From positions 1-64,000 of IMG/VR virus record IMGVR_UViG_3300032247_000689: a DNA stretch of 64,000 nt; one strand, 5' to 3'. Positions 54,722 to 64,000 of this stretch are shown here, piece after piece. The stretch is from a virus (taxonomy: Duplodnaviria > Caudoviricetes). The stretch's first letter is position 1. Every line of letters starts with the position of its first letter. The notes beneath the pieces are model-generated. The model saw only the letters and a list, made by a program, of their open reading frames with translations. It was not told the origin of the DNA and ran no database searches. The position numbers and the translations under genes were made by a program.

Positions 54722-55077
54722 TGAAGAAAAAAGCTGTGGTATTTGACCTTAATAAAACTCTGCGTAAAGGGTCAGGTGAGCCACTCCAACATATTCTAAA
54801 GAAGGCTAAGAAAGACAAAGATAAAGAAGCTGTCCTTGTTATCAGCGGTGAGTCTGATAAAGACCGTGGTGAAGCAAGAGAGTGGTTAGATGAGCACCAT
54901 TTAAAAGATGCACAGCTTTATATGCGCCCAAGAGGTGAAAGAGCTCATGATGATGTTGAGAAAGCTAAAATCTTAGATAAGGTATCGCGCCAATTTAAAA
55001 TCAAGAAGGCGTATGATGATAAGCCAGAGAACGTTGAGATGTACAGGGAAAAGGGTATAAAGGCTAAGCGCGTATGA
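54721..55077 (+). CDS. HAD phosphatase domain (PNKP-like)
   Basis: VFDLNKTL, SG, LYMRP...D...K, YDD. Confidence 0.75.
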   Translation: MKKKAVVFDLNKTLRKGSGEPLQHILKKAKKDKDKEAVLVISGESDKDRGEAREWLDEHHLKDAQLYMRPRGERAHDDVEKAKILDKVSRQFKIKKAYDDKPENVEMYREKGIKAKRV

Positions 55078-55322
55078 AAAAACATCGCCACTATATGCAA
55101 CACCCTCAGTTTCCTTGGCTTGGTTTATATTCAGACCCAGTTCGTCCGTCATATATGACTATTGGCGGCAGCGGTATTGTAGGTAACTTTGGAGCAGAGT
55201 CTCCGATGTCAGAGATGCATGAAGGTACATGGCAAGATGATGTACGTGCAGCTGGGCCGACATCAGGTGACGGCGCTGCAGCAGGCGCAGGTATTACAGG
55301 AGCAGGAAGCGGAGTAGCATGA
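55074..55322 (+). CDS. Hypothetical protein
   Basis: Coupled ORF. Confidence 0.5.
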   Translation: MKKHRHYMQHPQFPWLGLYSDPVRPSYMTIGGSGIVGNFGAESPMSEMHEGTWQDDVRAAGPTSGDGAAAGAGITGAGSGVA

Positions 55323-55489
55323 AGCACAACGACTCACAGGGATTTCCAGACCCATTTACAACGATGACAAGTGAAGACTGGGCAGAGTTTGATAAACATG
55401 CTGAAGAAGAGCATAAGAAGTCAGAGAATTGGCCAAAGAACCAACCGTTTATTCCACAAAACCCAAACCCACCATTCTAAGGAGGAACC

Positions 55490-55690
55490 GTGCAGACGAC
55501 CACTGAGGGAAGAGAAATAACAGCGGTTGACAGATGCGATACATGTGGCGCTCCAGCAAAGGTTGTTGCTACATTTCTTAATGGTGAACTTTTATTCTGC
55601 GGCCATCACGCGCGCGAAGCTGGGACTAATCTAGTATTAAAGGCGCTTCACGTATACGACCCTGACGGTGAGTTTAATTTGATACACTAA
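55490..55690 (+). CDS. Actinobacterial-type small Zn-binding protein
   Basis: DRCDTCGA...LLFCGHH; SD AAGGAGG. Confidence 0.7.
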   Translation: MQTTTEGREITAVDRCDTCGAPAKVVATFLNGELLFCGHHAREAGTNLVLKALHVYDPDGEFNLIH

Positions 55691-55715
55691 GTTCACTAAT
55701 TTAGGGAGAGTCTAG

Positions 55716-57656
55716 ATTAAAGCACTGCGTCTAATCGCAGCACTATCTGTAGCAACATTTGCCGCTTTCTTTCCATCACTATTTGCATCATCAGCACAAG
55801 CATCTTGTGTAACAACCGCACAGTCTATAGTGACTGCGGCAACAGCTTCTACCTTTTTAAACACCGATAGCGTAACAGTAGGCGCGGATGGTGCTGCCAC
55901 CACATCAACTCCCGTTGTTGTACAAAATACATGTGGTGGAGACGATGTCTCATATCAAGTAGCGCTTCCAACAACTATTAATTTTGCGGGTACTGATTAC
56001 AACGCTGTATACGCTACTACTAACTCAACTATTGTTTTTGGGCGTCAAGATAATACCTATTGGGATTTTCCACGCACTACATCTATATCAGTAAACTCTT
56101 ATGACTGGGTAGTCCTTAGTACCGCTAATACCCCTGGTTATCCAGCACAATGGCAATCTACAGATGAGCATTTAATTGTTACATCAAGCCAAGCAGGTTT
56201 TCAAGTAGACCTTGCTGTTCGTCCTTATGGAGCTAACGTAGCAAATACGCCGCTGTCAACTATTGTTGTTACTGCCGCAATTAACGCAGATAACACATTA
56301 AACATTACTTATCTATCTGATGTCCAACAAGGGCTACAAACAAGAACAGGAGTTCGTCTTCCTGATGGACGTGTAGTAAGCCTTGAAGATGCTGGTCTTA
56401 CTCGCGTGTACGTTGCTCCTGTTGTAACCGCTGAAGAGATAGCTCCTGCGCCAACCGTGAGTCCCTCCGCCAGTCCAGAGCCCACTCATTCACCAACTCC
56501 TTCTCCAAGTGCCTCACCCTCGGTAGCGCCGACAAGTACCCCAACACCATCCCCAAGCCCAACGCCAACACAAACACCACAACCAAGTCCATCACCTACT
56601 CCTTCCCCATCGCCTTCGCCATCTGATAGTCCAGCGCCATCTCCAACTCCGACACCCGAAGTAACGCCTTCTCCAACTCCGTCTCCAACTCCTGAACCCG
56701 AGCCAACCAGTACCCCTGTGTTGCCAGAACCATCGCCTACTCCCCCACCCGCTCCGCAACCAGAACCTGCTCCACGACCAGACCCTGTTGTTGCTCCTGT
56801 CCCACCCGTTGTCGAGCCAGAACCTTTGCCAATGCCACCTGAGCCGCCCGCTCTAGAGCCTGAGCCGTCTCCAGAACCTGCTCCTGAGGTAATTCCTGAC
56901 CCACAGCCTACTCCTGACCCTGTGCCTGTTGTAGAGCCTGTTCCAACCCCTGAGCCGCAACCAGAGCCGCAACCAACCCCAGAACCCGCACCTGCTCCTG
57001 AGCCAGCTCCAGAACCCGCTCCTGAGCCTGCTCCAACGCCTGAACCAATGCCTGCACCTGCACCTGAACCCCCTGCTGTAATAGAAGTGACTGCTGATAC
57101 TACTGCAGAAACATGGGTTCCTGCTGTAGCGCCAGAAGAATACCTTACACAAGCTGAAATCAAAGCATATGACAAAATTGGTCTAGTCCCTAACAACCCA
57201 GACCAGCTTCCAACAGATGTTCCAAAAGAAGCACCAAAAGAAGCGCTAGTTCCGCATATTCAAGTAGACGTGCCTGGCGTTGAAAACGGCGGTATTCAGT
57301 TCTTTGGTACTAAAACCTCACCTCAAGTTGTAAATGAGGATGGAACACTTACACCCCCAGCGCCGCCTCCTGGTTCAGGCCTCCCAATACCTGCTGATGC
57401 AATTACAATTGCAGATACATTCATCGGGCAACCAGGCGGAACAACATTCAATGCACCTGACGTTGCCGTACCCGTAATTGAAACTCCAGTAACTGGAGCT
57501 ATTGCAGCCGTACCAGGCGTTCAAGCACTCAATCATGCATTCGTTGCTATGGCAAACATTGGCAACGATATGAGCCCAGTTACTCGTAAAAAAGCTAAAA
57601 AGATATTAGTTATCACAACCGTGATAGCTGCAGTGAGAAGGAGATTCGGTAGCTAA
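55716..57656 (+). CDS. Exported protein with long Pro-rich stalk and C-terminal hydrophobic anchor (probable ATT start)
   Basis: In-frame signal peptide from ATT 55716 after SD AGGGAG; PSPT/PEP repeats about 56445-57075; C-terminal [16 protein letters not shown]. Confidence 0.75.
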   Translation: MKALRLIAALSVATFAAFFPSLFASSAQASCVTTAQSIVTAATASTFLNTDSVTVGADGAATTSTPVVVQNTCGGDDVSYQVALPTTINFAGTDYNAVYATTNSTIVFGRQDNTYWDFPRTTSISVNSYDWVVLSTANTPGYPAQWQSTDEHLIVTSSQAGFQVDLAVRPYGANVANTPLSTIVVTAAINADNTLNITYLSDVQQGLQTRTGVRLPDGRVVSLEDAGLTRVYVAPVVTAEEIAPAPTVSPSASPEPTHSPTPSPSASPSVAPTSTPTPSPSPTPTQTPQPSPSPTPSPSPSPSDSPAPSPTPTPEVTPSPTPSPTPEPEPTSTPVLPEPSPTPPPAPQPEPAPRPDPVVAPVPPVVEPEPLPMPPEPPALEPEPSPEPAPEVIPDPQPTPDPVPVVEPVPTPEPQPEPQPTPEPAPAPEPAPEPAPEPAPTPEPMPAPAPEPPAVIEVTADTTAETWVPAVAPEEYLTQAEIKAYDKIGLVPNNPDQLPTDVPKEAPKEALVPHIQVDVPGVENGGIQFFGTKTSPQVVNEDGTLTPPAPPPGSGLPIPADAITIADTFIGQPGGTTFNAPDVAVPVIETPVTGAIAAVPGVQALNHAFVAMANIGNDMSPVTRKKAKKILVITTVIAAVRRRFGS

Positions 57657-57838
57657 TGCGACAATTCTTTAAAGACATTTCTAAAGATTTCTTTAGTGAA
57701 ATTTGGACCTTTGTAGGTTTATTCTCTGCGTGGCTTGTTCTAACAGGTAGCGCAAAAAACGTTATTGGAAAAGTAACACTTGCATCTTTTGTTGTATGGT
57801 GCATCACACTCCGACTTCGTAACCCAGGAGATGAATAA
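57656..57838 (+). CDS. Small two-TM membrane protein
   Basis: Two hydrophobic segments; coupled. Confidence 0.7.
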   Translation: MRQFFKDISKDFFSEIWTFVGLFSAWLVLTGSAKNVIGKVTLASFVVWCITLRLRNPGDE

Positions 57839-58200
57839 TGAAAAGTGGATTTAAACTAACAGGAAATATCCTGCTTCGTATCGTAGCTGTATTTGCAGCT
57901 AGCGGCCTCGGAGTAATCGGTGCTGGTTCTATTGCAGGTATTTCGGTTCTTAAAGCAGTAACAGTTGCTGGTCTTACAGCAGTAGCCGCCGTAGTAGAAA
58001 AGCTAGCACGTGGCTTTATGAATGACGGCAAGCTATCACTAGACGAGATTAATTCCGCATTTGCAGCAGTTGATGTAAATTCTAAGACAGCAGCTGACCT
58101 TCAGGTTGAGGCTAATCAATCAGGTACAGCAATTACAATTGCACCAGAAAAACCTAAAGCAGACTCAGCAGCACCAGAAGACGACCCACACTACAACTAG
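57838..58200 (+). CDS. Holin-like membrane protein
   Basis: Two TM segments directly upstream of endolysin. Confidence 0.6.
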   Translation: MKSGFKLTGNILLRIVAVFAASGLGVIGAGSIAGISVLKAVTVAGLTAVAAVVEKLARGFMNDGKLSLDEINSAFAAVDVNSKTAADLQVEANQSGTAITIAPEKPKADSAAPEDDPHYN

Positions 58201-58209
58201 GAGTAAAAA

Positions 58210-59016
58210 ATGGCATTAGGAAACGTAGGAAATCCCGTACCACCAGTCACAAACGCTAAGCCAGGAACATCAGCTCGTATGCTTGAGGTGGCTAGGTCAC
58301 AAGTTGGTGTTATTGAAGGACCAAAAGATAACGAAACAATTTACGGCGCCTTTACAAAAACTAACTTCCAAGCATGGTGCGGAGCGCTTATGATGTGGTG
58401 CGCCGATAAAGCTGGAGTAAAGATTCCTAATACTGTCTACACTCCAACAGGTGCGGCAGCATTTAAGAAGGCTGGAACTTGGGCGGATGCAGCAGATGCT
58501 CACCCACAGCCAGGTGACCTTGTTTACTTCTCATTTATTCCCCATGCCCTACCAACATCACCAATCCAACACGTAGGTATTGTGGTTAAGGACAATGGCG
58601 ATGGCACAGTAACAACTGTTGAAGGAAACACCACACCAGACTCAAAGCCAAAGGGTTCACCTAATAATGGTGGCGAATGCGCTATGAATGTCCGTGCCTA
58701 CAAGGTTGATAATAAGCGCCACCTCTGGTGCTCAATCGTTGGTTTTGGTCGTCCCGCTTACAAAGATGGCACTGTTCTAACCCCATCAACTCCAGTAGCA
58801 AAGGTACTACCAGAGTTCCCAGGTCAGATTAAGCCTGGAGATAAAGGAGAAGGCGTAAAGCTCATCCAGCAGGCCCTTGACCTAGATGCTGATGGAGATT
58901 ACGGCCCAGCTACAAAGAAAGCGATAATTGCTATCCAAGACAGCCATGACCATCTAGATTCTAATGGAATCGTTGGCCCAGCTACTTGGGCAGAGATTAT
59001 GAAGCACCTCGATTAA
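58210..59016 (+). CDS. Endolysin (CHAP-like peptidase plus peptidoglycan-binding domain)
   Basis: WCG, PQPGDLVYF, HVGIV, EGNT; DGDYGPAT...GIVGPATW. Confidence 0.88.
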   Translation: MALGNVGNPVPPVTNAKPGTSARMLEVARSQVGVIEGPKDNETIYGAFTKTNFQAWCGALMMWCADKAGVKIPNTVYTPTGAAAFKKAGTWADAADAHPQPGDLVYFSFIPHALPTSPIQHVGIVVKDNGDGTVTTVEGNTTPDSKPKGSPNNGGECAMNVRAYKVDNKRHLWCSIVGFGRPAYKDGTVLTPSTPVAKVLPEFPGQIKPGDKGEGVKLIQQALDLDADGDYGPATKKAIIAIQDSHDHLDSNGIVGPATWAEIMKHLD

Positions 59017-59128
59017 TTGATGACTGATGCTGAACGCATAAGGCGCTATACCTGCGCCTTATGCGACAAGCGGTTTGTTGTACCTGATTTAGCACGAATG
59101 TGCGAACAAAAACACTTAGAATCAGAAG

Positions 59129-59494
59129 ATGAAATCACGACACTCTACCGCTCTTGACGCCGCTGATGCTATTGGCGCTATGGTCAAGCAGGGCACCCGT
59201 ACAACTGGCAAATCTCTTCTTACTAAGAAGAAGATGACTGCTTCAAAGAAAAGCTCTAATAAGCCAACAACATCTAAGCCCGCGGCAGAGGTTAAGCCAG
59301 AGCCTAAAAAGCCTGCACCAAAGCCAACTAAAGCTCCTGCTAAAAAAGCTCCTGCAAAGAAGACAGAGCCAAAGATAGAGAAGAAACTTTACTCAGAGCC
59401 TAAGCCAAGTTTTAAGTTTACAAGTGAGCCTGTTGATTTAACAAAGATTGATAGTTCTTCTGGATATAAAGTAACTGATAAGCGTTCTAAATGA
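59129..59494 (+). CDS. Lys/Pro-rich hypothetical protein
   Basis: PAKKAPAKK low-complexity region. Confidence 0.55.
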   Translation: MKSRHSTALDAADAIGAMVKQGTRTTGKSLLTKKKMTASKKSSNKPTTSKPAAEVKPEPKKPAPKPTKAPAKKAPAKKTEPKIEKKLYSEPKPSFKFTSEPVDLTKIDSSSGYKVTDKRSK

Positions 59495-59860
59495 GAAAGA
59501 AGAAGCAACCAGGCATTACCTCTGAGGTAAAGTCGGCTATAACTCCCCCAGTAAAGGGGCGTCAATGGAGAGAGCGCCTTACCAGAGTTGGCGTGGTTAC
59601 TTCACCTGTTAAAGGCAAAGACACTAACGCAAAGCAATGGAACCGCTGGACTCCATGAAAAGAAAGTCTGAGTTTAAGCAAAGCGTTGCAAAACCAGCAA
59701 AATATATAGACTCTCGTTTTGGCATTCGCCGCATATTCCTTACCAAGCAGGAGCGCCCTAGAGTTGCTCAATACACACGGCCTGGAAAAGGACCTAACGG
59801 AGAGCATTTAAATTAATCGTTTTCACTGTAAACTTTAAATAGCCTATCGAAAGGACCCAT

Positions 59861-60511
59861 ATGGCGGCCTCCTACCCTAGTTCCGTTAAGGTCTTTCCTA
59901 CCCACGTTAACGTAACTGAAGTTATTGACGCTGGTCACCCAAATACCATTCAAGATGAAGTGGTTGCGGTTGAGAGCACACTTGGTGTTCTCCCTAGCCT
60001 TTCTACAACCCCATCACCTAGCGGTTCGTTTAACGGCACCTCATACCTTTTCTCAACTGTCTCAGACCGTATTGCCAACATAGAAACTGGCGTTGTTGCA
60101 GATACTCATACCCAATATATTCGCAAGTCTGGTGACACAGCAAACGTCATCCAACCTGGCGCAAATACCACTAAAGGTTTAGTGATTAAAGGTGCAGCTA
60201 GCCAATCTGCAAACCTATTAGAGCTTCAGAACAATGCAGGCACCGTCGTTGCTTATATTGACGCAAGCGGTAACTTAACTGCTAATAACGTAACTGGCGG
60301 CGCATATGTTCTTTTATCCACAGTAACAGCAAAAGGTGATTTGATTGCGGCTACTGGCTCAGGGGCTGTGGCTAACCTTCCAGCTGGAACTAATGGATAT
60401 GTTCTTACAGCAGACAGCGCCCAAACCACAGGACTCAAGTGGGCAGCCGCATCTAGCGGAACAGATAGCTCATCAGGTTTTGTTGGAAACTTCTTATTAG
60501 GCGGTATGTAA
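59861..60511 (+). CDS. Virion structural / tail-fibre-like protein
   Basis: MAASYPSS, N..QDEV.AVE, TAKGDLI...GYVLTADS...GLKWAA, FLLGGM end. Confidence 0.65.
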   Translation: MAASYPSSVKVFPTHVNVTEVIDAGHPNTIQDEVVAVESTLGVLPSLSTTPSPSGSFNGTSYLFSTVSDRIANIETGVVADTHTQYIRKSGDTANVIQPGANTTKGLVIKGAASQSANLLELQNNAGTVVAYIDASGNLTANNVTGGAYVLLSTVTAKGDLIAATGSGAVANLPAGTNGYVLTADSAQTTGLKWAAASSGTDSSSGFVGNFLLGGM

Positions 60512-60786
60512 TGGCAACATCAGAAGCATGGCAGCGCTCAGCGGGTAAGAACCCAAAGGGCGGTCTTAATGAAAAAGGACGTAAGTCCTACGAGAAGGCA
60601 CACCCAGGTAGTAATCTTAAACCACCCGTTAAAAAAGAGCAGGCAAAGAAATCACCTAAGTCTGCTGCACGTCGCAAGTCTTTCTGTGCTCGCATGGAAG
60701 GCATGAAGAAACAAAATACGTCTACTAAAACCGCTAAAGACCCAAACAGCCGTATTAATAAATCCTTGCGCGCATGGGATTGTTAA
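60511..60786 (+). CDS. Conserved basic phage protein (DUF6321-like)
   Basis: AWQR..GKNP.GGLN...RRKSFCARM...SLRAWDC. Confidence 0.7.
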   Translation: MATSEAWQRSAGKNPKGGLNEKGRKSYEKAHPGSNLKPPVKKEQAKKSPKSAARRKSFCARMEGMKKQNTSTKTAKDPNSRINKSLRAWDC

Positions 60787-60812
60787 TACTCTTATCTAGA
60801 TAAAGGAAACAT

Positions 60813-61952
60813 ATGTCAAGTTATATCTCACCTGCACCACAGGGTGACCCAAAGGCTACAGGAGCATATGCTGTAGCAATTGCGGCAACCTCAGGTTCAG
60901 TAAACAATGATGGGCATGCTACAGACTCAGCGGGCAACGTAGCCGTTGACCAGGTCTGGGGTAACTTCCCACTACAGCCAAACGATGTCCGCCGTGTTGC
61001 AGCAAGTAACTTTGGTGGAGCCCGCGGAAGCGATGTAGTAACAATTACTTCTGGTGGAACAATGCAGAACGTTCCAGGAAAAGATGCAGACTATGGATGG
61101 TCTGCAACTACTATGGTTGCATCAGACAACCTAGCTTACGGCAATCTTACAAAATCCCTTAACAATGGAATCACATTTGCTGTTAAGCCAGATAGCCATG
61201 AGCTTGCAGAATCAGGTTACTCAGGATATCCAGCAAACGTTCGTGGAAATCAAGCTGTATACATCATTACACAGGCAACTGGTAATGGAAGTACACAGAC
61301 TTACACAGCTCCAAACAACTTCCTTAAGGCAGGGGATACAGTAAACATTACTGGAACTGGCCTTGATGGAAACAGCCTCACAGTAGCAACAGCAAACCGC
61401 TACACATTCACAGTATCTGCTTCAGGAACTGGGACCTACATCAACATCTCTGGTCGTGTTCGTTATACAGATGAAGTCACTGCAAACGATGGTTCTTATG
61501 TTTCTGGTGTTGCTTATGTAAGGGTACCTAGCGTTCTAGGATTTACCACAGCTTCTGCTGTAGACGTTATGACCGATGTTGAACTCATTCAAACAACGGC
61601 ATCTGCAGCTACAAACACAGCTACACAGCCAACTCGTATTAACGTAACAGCAACTGACACAGCAACTGTATACGTTTCTGGCGGAACAAGTACATGGCCA
61701 GTTGGTACTAAGGTAACTATTGCAGCGGGTACAGGTATCCCAGCAGCACTTGTTGGTACTTGGACAGTAACTGGTGGCTCAGGAAGCACACTCGTTATTA
61801 CAGGTTCAGGATGGACTGTTGCAGACACAAGTTCTATCACACCTGGAACACGTCTCACTGGTACATCTGGAACAATCAAATCTCAATCTATTGCGGCTGG
61901 CACAGGCTCAATTGCAGCTGGTGCAGCGGTCACGATTACACCTTGGGCTTAA
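60813..61952 (+). CDS. Thr/Gly-rich virion protein (beta-domains, PASTA-like segment)
   Basis: VWGNFPLQPND; VPSVLG.T...A; QSIAAG. Confidence 0.6.
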   Translation: MSSYISPAPQGDPKATGAYAVAIAATSGSVNNDGHATDSAGNVAVDQVWGNFPLQPNDVRRVAASNFGGARGSDVVTITSGGTMQNVPGKDADYGWSATTMVASDNLAYGNLTKSLNNGITFAVKPDSHELAESGYSGYPANVRGNQAVYIITQATGNGSTQTYTAPNNFLKAGDTVNITGTGLDGNSLTVATANRYTFTVSASGTGTYINISGRVRYTDEVTANDGSYVSGVAYVRVPSVLGFTTASAVDVMTDVELIQTTASAATNTATQPTRINVTATDTATVYVSGGTSTWPVGTKVTIAAGTGIPAALVGTWTVTGGSGSTLVITGSGWTVADTSSITPGTRLTGTSGTIKSQSIAAGTGSIAAGAAVTITPWA

Positions 61953-61963
61953 TAGCCTAATAA

Positions 61964-61998
61964 CAAAAAGCCCCTGGCAGTTTGCCAGGGGCTTTTTG
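61964..61998. terminator. Bidirectional terminator
   Basis: CAAAAAGCCCCTGGCA-GTT-TGCCAGGGGCTTTTTG. Confidence 0.9.
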
Positions 61999-62316
61999 CT
62001 ATGCAATGCGTTTTGTCTTACGCATGCGTACACGGTCCCATTCTGTAGTTCCTCCCCAGATGCCGAACAGCTCCTCGTGTTTGAGTGCGTATTCAAGGCA
62101 CGGATGCTTGAAGTCACACGCCCCACATATGGGGCGCACTAGCCTTATCTTCTCTCGTGCATCTATCTTGTTCTCTGGGAAGAACAGCTCTGGGTCTACT
62201 TGTGCGCAGACCTGTGAGCCGTCAAAGGATGGTGCATTAGTACCACCCGTGCTTAATCCAGAATGCTTTTGCTCCACATGCGCTCCCGTATCGTTTTTCA
62301 ATATAACGTAACCCAT
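61999..62316 (-). CDS. whiB: Second WhiB-family protein (true start probably downstream)
   Basis: CAQVDPELFFP...CGAC....C...GIWGGTT. Confidence 0.9.
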   Translation of the reverse strand: MGYVILKNDTGAHVEQKHSGLSTGGTNAPSFDGSQVCAQVDPELFFPENKIDAREKIRLVRPICGACDFKHPCLEYALKHEELFGIWGGTTEWDRVRMRKTKRIA

Positions 62317-62761
62317 ACTTAACCTGAAGTTGTGCTGACTGTGTTTGTGTGACCTTATAGTTACCCCAGGTGCTTGGCAAGAACTGTGCTATGCCAAACG
62401 CGCCCGAGTGCTTATTTAAAGCTTTTGGATTGAAATGGCTCTCGTTTTTCCAGACGTACTGGAGACACTTCCATTCAGACATACTCCAACCATTGGAATA
62501 CACAGTGAGGAACGTAAGCGCTTCAGCGTCAAAATACTTAGCTTGGTTGCTAGTAATTGATGCCCGAGCCTGTGAGCGAGTTGTTTGTACTTTTAAGTAA
62601 GCCAGCGAAACGGTGACAGGCTTTTCTTTTACTGTCGGCACCGTTGACGCCTGTAACGCATAGGCAGGTGTTACGACATGCGATAAGGCTATCATCATCG
62701 CTGCTCCTGCGTATGTTACCTTCTTTAGATTAATCGTTAGATTAATTCTGATATTGAGCAT
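62237..62761 (-). CDS. Exported lytic transglycosylase (SLT/Rpf-like)
   Basis: Signal-like segment; ESHFNPKA.N..SGAFGIAQFL...YIEKRYGSAC.A..F....GWY. Confidence 0.85.
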   Translation of the reverse strand: MLNIRINLTINLKKVTYAGAAMMIALSHVVTPAYALQASTVPTVKEKPVTVSLAYLKVQTTRSQARASITSNQAKYFDAEALTFLTVYSNGWSMSEWKCLQYVWKNESHFNPKALNKHSGAFGIAQFLPSTWGNYKVTQTQSAQLQVKYGLRYIEKRYGSACGAKAFWIKHGWY

Positions 62762-62977
62762 ATTATTGCTCCTCTCAGTTGGCGAAAGCCACTATCGCTA
62801 GTGGCCTCTGTCATGTACTAGCAAAGCAGAGAGTTACAGAGCGTGTCAAGTCTAAACACAGACATTTAACATTTATTTATATAAATTACGTGTAAACTAT
62901 TAAAAATAACGCTTTTTGGGCTATAAATCGTAGAACTATTCTGTTAAGAAGTTAACATCATCACAGAATAGGTTTGT

Positions 62978-63229
62978 ATGAGCATAGATACATGGATTGG
63001 CATAACCGCAAGCGAAATTGCAATTTTAGCGGCAGCTGCTGCTGGTGTCAAGTTTTTAGTTAAGAAGTATTTATCAGAGCTTCGCCCTAATGGCGGAAGT
63101 TCTATTCACGATAAGATTAACAAAGAGATTGTTCCTATGCTTAAAGAGCTACGCGAACATCAGATTGAAATTGGAGAGAAGGTTGCTAAGCTCGAGGGTC
63201 GTTTCGAGCAGCATGTAGACGAGCAATAG
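62978..63229 (+). CDS. Membrane protein with coiled coil
   Basis: TM segment, then ELRPNGGSS..D. Confidence 0.7.
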   Translation: MSIDTWIGITASEIAILAAAAAGVKFLVKKYLSELRPNGGSSIHDKINKEIVPMLKELREHQIEIGEKVAKLEGRFEQHVDEQ

Positions 63230-63284
63230 GAGTATGCTAGAGTTTAAGTACGCGGAAATGCCGCGGAAAGAAAGAGAGCATAAA

Positions 63285-63476
63285 GTGGACCTAACCACAC
63301 TCAAGTCGATGGGCGGAACATGGCTTCGCGCATCAGTAGCAGCAGTACTCGCGCTTTACCTAAACGGCGAAACTGACCCAAAGAAGTTGTCAGCGGCCTT
63401 TCTAGCAGGTATTGCGGGACCAGCACTTAAGTTCCTTAATCCAAAGGATAAGTCTTACGGCCTAGGCGCAAAGTAA
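63285..63476 (+). CDS. Holin-like membrane protein
   Basis: Two TM segments; LNPKDKSYG end. Confidence 0.6.
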   Translation: MDLTTLKSMGGTWLRASVAAVLALYLNGETDPKKLSAAFLAGIAGPALKFLNPKDKSYGLGAK

Positions 63477-63491
63477 CAATTTAATAGGAAT

Positions 63492-63524
63492 AGGGGTCGC
63501 AGAACACACCTGCGGCCCCTTTTT
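63492..63524 (+). terminator. Intrinsic terminator
   Basis: AGGGGTCGCAG...CTGCGGCCCCT plus T-run. Confidence 0.8.
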
Positions 63525-63540
63525 CATTTATACTTACGCT

Positions 63541-63747
63541 ATGGTTAAGTGCGACAACTGCGTGAATCCAGCCTCCTACACACAGGCTGACCCTGGAGTT
63601 AATCCAGTCAACTATTGCCAAAAGTGTTTACCTGGATGGTTACACAGCCGCGCACTTGCTGGACACTTCCCACTTGTAGAGCCTGTAGCGGATGCTCCAA
63701 AAACAACAAGACGGAAGAAAGCAGCATCCTCAGATGAGAGTGATTAG
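63541..63747 (+). CDS. Zinc-finger hypothetical protein (leaderless)
   Basis: CDNC...CQKC; TATACT-N6-ATG. Confidence 0.65.
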   Translation: MVKCDNCVNPASYTQADPGVNPVNYCQKCLPGWLHSRALAGHFPLVEPVADAPKTTRRKKAASSDESD

Positions 63748-63994
63748 ACAACAAGCTATTCAGGTACACCCAGTACCAGATAAGATTACGCCTGAACGTG
63801 GGCCATTTCCACGTGAGCTATTTGATGAGCCAGAGATTGTCTACGCAGACCCAGCATATAGCGAAGATGGTACAAGTTATCTTCCAGGAGCTACCGTGCA
63901 AAATAACTATAAGCCTGTTAAGTATCTACGATGTGTAGTGTGCAACTCTAGAGTTCTTGAGAGTGAGACTTCCCTGCACATATGTGAGGGATAA
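63734..63994 (+). CDS. Hypothetical protein
   Basis: CVVC...H.C; overlaps upstream stop. Confidence 0.55.
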   Translation: MRVIRQQAIQVHPVPDKITPERGPFPRELFDEPEIVYADPAYSEDGTSYLPGATVQNNYKPVKYLRCVVCNSRVLESETSLHICEG

Positions 63995-64000
63995 TGGCTG

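Noticed and set aside
56486-57196. Gly-rich 236-aa minus-strand ORF
   Set aside because: Antisense shadow of the Pro-rich repeat gene.
1-64000. tRNA/rRNA genes, integrase, introns or inteins
   Set aside because: No cloverleaf or T-loop signatures noticed in intergenic gaps; PolA, DnaB, RecA and NrdJ are uninterrupted and of normal size; no recombinase motif seen. A tRNAscan run would be needed to be certain.

Overview
64 kb of a contractile-tailed (myovirus-like) phage of Actinobacteria. The host inference rests on two WhiB genes, leaderless promoters and actinobacterial-type regulatory sites. Layout: 1-9.5 kb tape-measure end and baseplate; 9.5-26 kb replication/recombination (initiator-like, DnaC-like, DnaB, DnaG, SNF2, SSB, PolA, RecA, Cas4-like, RuvC); 26-39 kb accessory and small late genes (SpoVS, Ntn protease, Hsp20, phosphoesterase, ART-like, nucleotidyltransferase/HAD/TGT-like trio, class II RNR); 39-50 kb a leftward 'early' region; 50-64 kb small genes, lysis cassette and virion proteins. 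The most unusual feature is at 45-50 kb, where leftward genes are separated by a repeated non-coding cassette. In transcription order it reads: terminator, an 87-91 bp T-shaped (three-way junction) palindrome whose structure is conserved while its sequence co-varies, TCTCAG-N5-TCTCAG boxes, an ATAAC-N6-ATAAC-N6-ATAAC-N5-GTTAT array, and a GGAAT-N18-GTT ECF-type promoter. A parS site and paired DnaA boxes lie among these cassettes, and the surrounding DNA appears purged of AGCT/GGCC/CCAG words. A second candidate system is a set of unrelated small proteins, including ART-like and GNAT-like ones, that share short N-terminal leader motifs, possibly capsid-loading signals. All product calls come from motif recognition by eye; no database searches were run.
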